64,000 nt of DNA, taken from NCBI GenBank assembly GCA_000004985.1, contig GG738865.1; one strand, given 5' to 3'. The notes under the pieces are model-generated. The model was not told where the DNA came from. It ran no database searches and was given only the letters and a program-made list of their open reading frames with translations. The DNA comes from Naegleria gruberi (lineage: Eukaryota). Each line of letters opens with the position of its first letter. The stretch's first letter is position 1. Shown here piece by piece: positions 58,942-64,000 of the stretch. The position numbers were made by a program, and so were the translations under genes.

Positions 58942-59502
58942 ATGCAAGAACAATTCACCACACGACCAATCTATCAAAAACTGATAACGGAAGTTTATGA
59001 AGATAGGTTGAGACAATTAATAGAAGAAAGAGATACCCTTTCGGAAAAGTTTTTAAAGTTGTATGTGCTTGTTTAAATATGTATTGTGTAGGAATTTAAT
59101 TCATGATCAATAGTCAGGAATTAGCTGTGCAATTACAAACAATTAGTAGTAAGAAGGAATTTAATACTCTGGTGGATGTCGGAAGTAATTTCTATGTTCA
59201 AGGACATGTGTAAGTGTAAAGATGATGAAATTAAGTTGATTTATATAATTTTGGGGATAAATGATTGTTGAACGCTTTAAATTGGTTAATTTATGGATTG
59301 GATAAACAGACCAAGTACGGAAATTGTTTATTTAAATATTGGATTAGACTTCTTATCGGAATTCAAGCTAGCAGATGCTATCAACTTTGTAAATAATCAA
59401 ATCAAAATTTTGGACGACATGATTGAAGATAAAAAGCAAAGAGCCATAATTTTGGAACAAAACATTCATCTTGCATTGACTAATAATGGATTTGAAAAGT
59501 AA
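58942..59502 (+). CDS. UXT: UXT / prefoldin-alpha-like small protein; 3 exons, ~135 aa
   Basis: Exons are 58942..59060, 59114..59209 and 59310..59502. Introns are 59061..59113 (53 nt, GTATGT...CAATAG) and 59210..59309 (100 nt, GTAAGT...AAACAG). The spliced protein ...LVDVGSNFYVQGHVPSTEIVYLNIGLDFLSEFKLADAINFVNNQIKIL... matches the UXT core [43 protein letters not shown]. The ORF track shows only the last exon. Confidence 0.7.
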
Positions 59503-59521
59503 ATTTATTTTGGCTAGTTCC

Positions 59522-62500
59522 TCACTCGACCAAATCATCAATTACTTTTTCATTCTTTTCAACAAATCCTGGAATGCTCTTTTCACCAATACCAATTTTG
59601 GTGAGCTCGTTAATGGATTTGAATGGTCTGTGTTCGATAATCTTTTCAGCCTTTTTATCACCAATAGTGACAAGCCTCTTCAATTCTTTAACTTCATTTG
59701 ATTCATCATTGATATATTCCAATATCTTTTCAGCAGTTGAGCTACTCTTTAAAGATGCTGGTTTGGATTTTGTTGCTGTCTTTTTCTTTGGTTTCTCCTC
59801 TTCTTCATCTTCATCGACCATCTTGTCGTTGTTAACTTGTTTCTCCTCTTCTTCATCTTTGTAAAGTGCCTTGGTTCTTTCTTCATTCTTGATTCTTCTC
59901 TTCAACTTTTCAACCTTTCGTTGGAGTTTTTCATTTGTTGGGAGAAGAGCAAGAGCCTTTTCCAAGAGTTCCAAAGAACCTCTCTCATTACCTTCCTTCT
60001 TTAAAATGGCTGCTTCCTTAATGTGATTTCTTGCAAGAGCCAGTTTGTCCTCTTTCGTCAACATTCTTCCAGAATCCAATGTCAAATCCATGGACTTGTT
60101 AATGGCAAAAGTGCTAATCTCCAGAAGAGCTGCATTATCGAAGAATACTGCACCAGCTTCCTGCTTTGGTTTCTTTCCTCTTCTGACGGCCTTTGGCACA
60201 AAACTATTCTTTTTCTCCTCTTCTTCCACTTGCTCTTCTTGTTCATTTTCAGAATCAGAATCTTCTGCTGAAGATCTCTTTCTTTTTGGAGCAGTATTCT
60301 TCTTGGTAGCTTGTCTTGTCTTTGGCTTTTCCTTTACAGGAGAAGGTACATTGGTCTTGGTGTAAATGATGGATTCTTCGATTTTAGGATCAAAGATAAT
60401 TCCTTCCAATGGTTGTACTGGTTGTATTTTAACAGGTTTAGGAAGTGTAGTCTCTGTTGTGATCTTTTCAAGTAATGGTGAAGGAGTAATAATGATTGGT
60501 TGAACTGCAGTTGATGTCGACAATTCGTTATTCTTCTTTTCGAATAAATCATCTGTTGTAACATTCTCCAAACCTCCCAATATAGTGTGGAAATCATCAA
60601 CAGGGAAGAGTGTAATATCCTTCTCCTTGATTGGGGAAATTGCTGAAAGATCCAACTCTGGAAGGGTTGACTTAGTTGACGAACCTGGCTTAGTAATACC
60701 TCTTGATTGCAAGCTCTTTAACCTTTGATTTCTTGTTGGAGTTTTGTTATTTACATGATTAGGTTTTTGATTAGATAAATTAGTTTTTGGTTTTTGATCT
60801 GACAATGTTTGAGGTGATGGTACTTTTCTTTGTGCACTCAGGTTTAAGGTTGACTTGGTGTTTATCTTAGAGAGTGAGGTTGTCTTAGATGCAGCTAGTG
60901 ATGGTGTATTGTTGCTAGGTGTGGAAGGAACTTGATTTTCCTTTCCTAATTGCTTGTTGGCAAATGATGGTGTCGAATTCATAGTGTTGGTATTAAGAGT
61001 AGAGAGTGGAGCTCTGTTGGACGATGTTGCTTTGAAAGTCTTAGCCAAAGGTGTAGTGGTAGTAGATACAGATATCACTTTGCTCATTACAATCTCTGGT
61101 GTTCTTGAGTCCTTCTTGTTTGAGGACTTTGGAGCTTGGAATGAAGAGGTTGTTGGTTTAGGAGTAGTTGTTGATTGCTTTTGGAAGAGAGGTGGAGTTG
61201 GGAGCGAATTCATTGTCTTGACACTCATTGGGGTAGAGGAGCTCTTCTTTGTGGAAGTGAGTGGAGTTGAACCAACACTCTTAGCAGAGCTAGGAGTTGA
61301 GCTAGTTGATTTGGATGGAGTAATCTCGTCTAAATCATTTAACATGGCACTCAATTTTCTCTTCATGTCCATAAAATCTGAACCATCAGAACTGACCATT
61401 GTATTAGATGAAGTATTCGAAGCTCCTGTAAGTGCCAAATGTTCCAACTTGGCCAATCTATCCAAAATCTCATCTTGCAACGAAATACTCCTCTTCAAAA
61501 TTGGATTCAAAATGCCTTGTTTCAAATCTTCTTGTGCCTTCTCCAAGTCTTCTTTTGTTGCAAAATTGTTTGGAGCTAAAAGCATCATTTGGTTAATATA
61601 ATCAGCTCCAGACAGAGATTTAGATGTGGAGGTGACTCCAATCTTCTTTTGCGACATTAATTTTTCCTTTTCCAATTGCAAAAGTTTCAATTGTGTATCC
61701 TTATCAGCTCCATATCCTATGTTTGCCATATTTTCCAAGGCTTTTCTTTCTTCCTCATTTTCAAAGTAGCTGGCATTTATCACAGGCTTATTTACAATGG
61801 ATTGTGATTTCATACCAAATCTCAGGGATTTGTGAGTATCTACATAGTGTTCAGTAAATGGAGAAACATTGACAACCATGATTGCTTGAGAAGATCCACC
61901 GAGAGAATCTTGTAACAATCGTGTAAGTTTGCTGTCACGATACGAAACCTTTTGATTCTTGGAATTTAATTGATCTACAACCTTTCTCAAGCTGAATAAG
62001 GATGTATTGATACTACTCGATTCTGCCAACCTAGCACCAGTATTACCAGTCTTTCTATTATCTTCAGAACCAGCCAAATCTATTAAATTAATCTTACCAG
62101 TGAGCCATTGACCTGATCTAGGATCCTTATTTTTCACAGTAAGTGTTAAAATAGCATGAGATCGAGAAGATTGCACGTTGAGTTTCGTTGAGGCAACCTT
62201 CCTATTCTTCATACCCACTTGATAAAATTCCTCACAAAATCCATCATAGGACGTTATTGATTTGATAGTTAGTCCCTTAACAATAATATTCTTACTCTTA
62301 TCTTCATGGAGAGGTAAATCCTTTCCAAGAGATGTGGTTGAATCTTTCGAAGAAACCAACAAGTCAAAGACCTTCTCGTTATAAATCTCCAAGTAGGAAA
62401 CAGATAATTTACAGAGTGGAGCAGAACTATCTGGGCCCTTTCTCCTTTCCACTTCAAATAATAATTGTTGTACTGTTCGAGGAATAAGGCCCATATTTTC

Positions 62501-62977
62501 CAAAGTTTCACCACCCTGCATGGTGTGAGTTTTACCACTTCCAGTCATACCATAGCAAAACACTGTTGTATTAAAACCATCAAAGAGAGTGTCCACTATT
62601 GGTATTATTTCGTTTTGGAAGATTTCATCTTGTGTGGAGGATTCATCATAGGTGGCATCGAATTCAAAACGAATTTCATCGCCAGGATTTCTTGGATCCT
62701 TCATGTACACTATATTGTTCAATGATTGTTGTTGTTGTTGTTCTGATTTGCCAACACGACATGTTTGAAAGCCTGATTTTTCAACTTCACTGGGCAGAAG
62801 AGGTCGGATACGAGAGGCAACTCTTACCTTTCTTCCACCTGTTGTTGATGTGTTATTATTACTAGTAGTGGTGGTGCTGTTGTTGGATATTGATAAACTT
62901 AATGATGGCGAATCGTTGTGTACCATAAAATTTGCCGAGCAACCACGAGGACTCTTTGCAATGCACTGTGTTGACAT
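59522..62977 (-). CDS. chromokinesin-like kinesin (kinesin-10/Kid-like): N-terminal motor, Ser/Thr-rich middle, TPR-like helices and C-terminal helix-hairpin-helix
   Basis: ATG at 62977; the track start at 63001 is TTG. Motor motifs FCYGMTGSGKTHTM, SSRSH, LIDLAGSED. The C-terminus ends with an HhH-like segment (SINELTKIGIGEKSIPGFV), typical of Kid/KIF22 DNA-binding tails. Several opposite-strand ORFs inside it are spurious. Confidence 0.8.
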   Translation of the reverse strand: MSTQCIAKSPRGCSANFMVHNDSPSLSLSISNNSTTTTSNNNTSTTGGRKVRVASRIRPLLPSEVEKSGFQTCRVGKSEQQQQQSLNNIVYMKDPRNPGDEIRFEFDATYDESSTQDEIFQNEIIPIVDTLFDGFNTTVFCYGMTGSGKTHTMQGGETLENMGLIPRTVQQLLFEVERRKGPDSSAPLCKLSVSYLEIYNEKVFDLLVSSKDSTTSLGKDLPLHEDKSKNIIVKGLTIKSITSYDGFCEEFYQVGMKNRKVASTKLNVQSSRSHAILTLTVKNKDPRSGQWLTGKINLIDLAGSEDNRKTGNTGARLAESSSINTSLFSLRKVVDQLNSKNQKVSYRDSKLTRLLQDSLGGSSQAIMVVNVSPFTEHYVDTHKSLRFGMKSQSIVNKPVINASYFENEEERKALENMANIGYGADKDTQLKLLQLEKEKLMSQKKIGVTSTSKSLSGADYINQMMLLAPNNFATKEDLEKAQEDLKQGILNPILKRSISLQDEILDRLAKLEHLALTGASNTSSNTMVSSDGSDFMDMKRKLSAMLNDLDEITPSKSTSSTPSSAKSVGSTPLTSTKKSSSTPMSVKTMNSLPTPPLFQKQSTTTPKPTTSSFQAPKSSNKKDSRTPEIVMSKVISVSTTTTPLAKTFKATSSNRAPLSTLNTNTMNSTPSFANKQLGKENQVPSTPSNNTPSLAASKTTSLSKINTKSTLNLSAQRKVPSPQTLSDQKPKTNLSNQKPNHVNNKTPTRNQRLKSLQSRGITKPGSSTKSTLPELDLSAISPIKEKDITLFPVDDFHTILGGLENVTTDDLFEKKNNELSTSTAVQPIIITPSPLLEKITTETTLPKPVKIQPVQPLEGIIFDPKIEESIIYTKTNVPSPVKEKPKTRQATKKNTAPKRKRSSAEDSDSENEQEEQVEEEEKKNSFVPKAVRRGKKPKQEAGAVFFDNAALLEISTFAINKSMDLTLDSGRMLTKEDKLALARNHIKEAAILKKEGNERGSLELLEKALALLPTNEKLQRKVEKLKRRIKNEERTKALYKDEEEEKQVNNDKMVDEDEEEEKPKKKTATKSKPASLKSSSTAEKILEYINDESNEVKELKRLVTIGDKKAEKIIEHRPFKSINELTKIGIGEKSIPGFVEKNEKVIDDLVE

Positions 62978-63593
62978 TTTTTTGGTTCTTATTTTCTTCA
63001 ACGGTTTGTGTTTTGAATTTTTGGCGGGAAGAAGTTGAACGAATGAATTGGGTTTATTGCAAAATCAAGGCTAGCTTGGTGTAGTTCCATGTCATCAGCT
63101 TGGGAATTAAATGCTCTAATTACTCCTCATTTAGGATTGATTCCTCTTGCATGTTAAATCAAGGTGAGCCAAATATTCAAGATTCTTTGCTGAGAAGATA
63201 GAGGTTGAGTGTACCAAAGTTTTTATTTTGGTGGTTCCATCCAGACAATACCACGTCTACATTTAAAATGTAACGGCTAGTTTGTTTGATATCATAATGA
63301 TTGAAGAATAATATCAACACCTATATAATATGTTCTTCTTTACCATCACCTTCATCTAATTACGAATTCTGCTCAGTACACAACTTCTTGATGTGATTGA
63401 AACCTAATATTTGTGCTCAATCCTTGTGGTTCCATTTACATCTTGTATCTATTTTCAAACCGACGCGCCAAAATTTCGATCCTCTTCCAAGTTTACAAAA
63501 AACTGTTATTCATTTTACTCAGAAAAAATAAATTCAACCTTCGTCACAGTCAGCAACAACCAAATCAACAAAGAAAAAAACAACAACATCAAA

Positions 63594-64000
63594 ATGCCAG
63601 CTAAGACTAAGAAATCCACTGAAAGCAAGGATAAGACCAAGGAAACCAAGAAGGACAAGGTTACCAAGAAGACTACAAAGGCTTCCGGTGATGGTGAAGA
63701 AGGTGAAAAGGACGACAAGAAGAAGAAGTCTAGACATGAATCCTACTCTTCATATATCTACAAGGTCTTGAGACAAGTCCACTCTGATATTGGTATTTCC
63801 ACCAAGGCTATGTCTATCATGAACTCTTTCATCCAAGATATCTTTGAAAGAATTGCCAATGAAGCTGCTCAATTGTGTAGAGTCAATGGTACTAAGACTT
63901 TGTCTTCTCGTGAAATCCAAACTGCTGTCAGATTGATCCTTCCAGGTGAATTGGCTAAGCACGCTGTTTCTGAAGGTACCAAGGCTGTTACCAAGTATCA
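63594..64000 (+). CDS. H2B: histone H2B (3' end beyond window)
   Basis: ATG at 63594 after an A-rich leader. [14 protein letters not shown]...[92 protein letters not shown] is colinear with canonical H2B. The ORF track did not list it because it runs off the window. Codon usage is strongly biased (AAG, ACC, GGT, GCT), unlike neighbouring genes. Confidence 0.9.
   Translation, partial: MPAKTKKSTESKDKTKETKKDKVTKKTTKASGDGEEGEKDDKKKKSRHESYSSYIYKVLRQVHSDIGISTKAMSIMNSFIQDIFERIANEAAQLCRVNGTKTLSSREIQTAVRLILPGELAKHAVSEGTKAVTKY

Noticed and set aside
1-64000. A ciliate origin (the 15-16-nt introns and standard code of Stentor), considered because of the tiny apparent introns
   Set aside because: All well-supported introns are 38-100 nt with GTAAGT/GTATGT donors. 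TAA is used as a stop throughout. The gene content (RasGEFs, EGF-repeat adhesion proteins, poly-N/Q tracts, aaaaATG starts) is dictyostelid-like.
1-64000. Prokaryotic-style defence or accessory island (CRISPR, restriction-modification, toxin-antitoxin, phage or mobile-element genes)
   Set aside because: The window is eukaryotic nuclear DNA with spliceosomal introns. There are no CRISPR repeats, integrases, transposases, reverse transcriptases or terminal repeats.

Overview
This window is eukaryotic nuclear DNA, not prokaryotic. It is AT-rich, has an A-run immediately 5' of most start ATGs, and encodes many Asn/Gln/Ser/Thr-rich low-complexity tracts. Genes sit close together on both strands and carry short GT-AG spliceosomal introns of roughly 38-100 nt (typically GTAAGT or GTATGT donors, often a CTAAC-like branch site, and a YAG acceptor). 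Composition and gene content fit a dictyostelid-like amoebozoan (a social-amoeba relative), but this is an inference from the sequence alone. About 30 protein-coding genes are recognisable. Housekeeping genes include the dynein heavy chain C-terminus, PheRS alpha, mitochondrial EF-G, U1-70K, both subunits of methylcrotonyl-CoA carboxylase, UXT/prefoldin-like, histone H2B and two kinesins. Signalling and regulatory genes include a RasGEF, a divergent G-alpha-like protein immediately upstream of a 7TM-RGS receptor-like gene, an ENT-domain protein and a BTB-BACK protein. Several genes look bacterial-type or otherwise unusual: a WS/DGAT-type acyltransferase, an AttH/CrtC-like secreted protein next to a lipase, and a candidate nucleotidyltransferase-fold protein. 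A roughly 2000-aa EGF-repeat type-I membrane protein appears to be split into three ORFs by introns. I found no rRNA, tRNA, CRISPR array, transposon or prokaryotic defence island. The supplied ORF track often starts ORFs at TTG/GTG/CTG and reads through in-frame introns, so I re-derived gene models by hand. Exon boundaries are approximate where noted.
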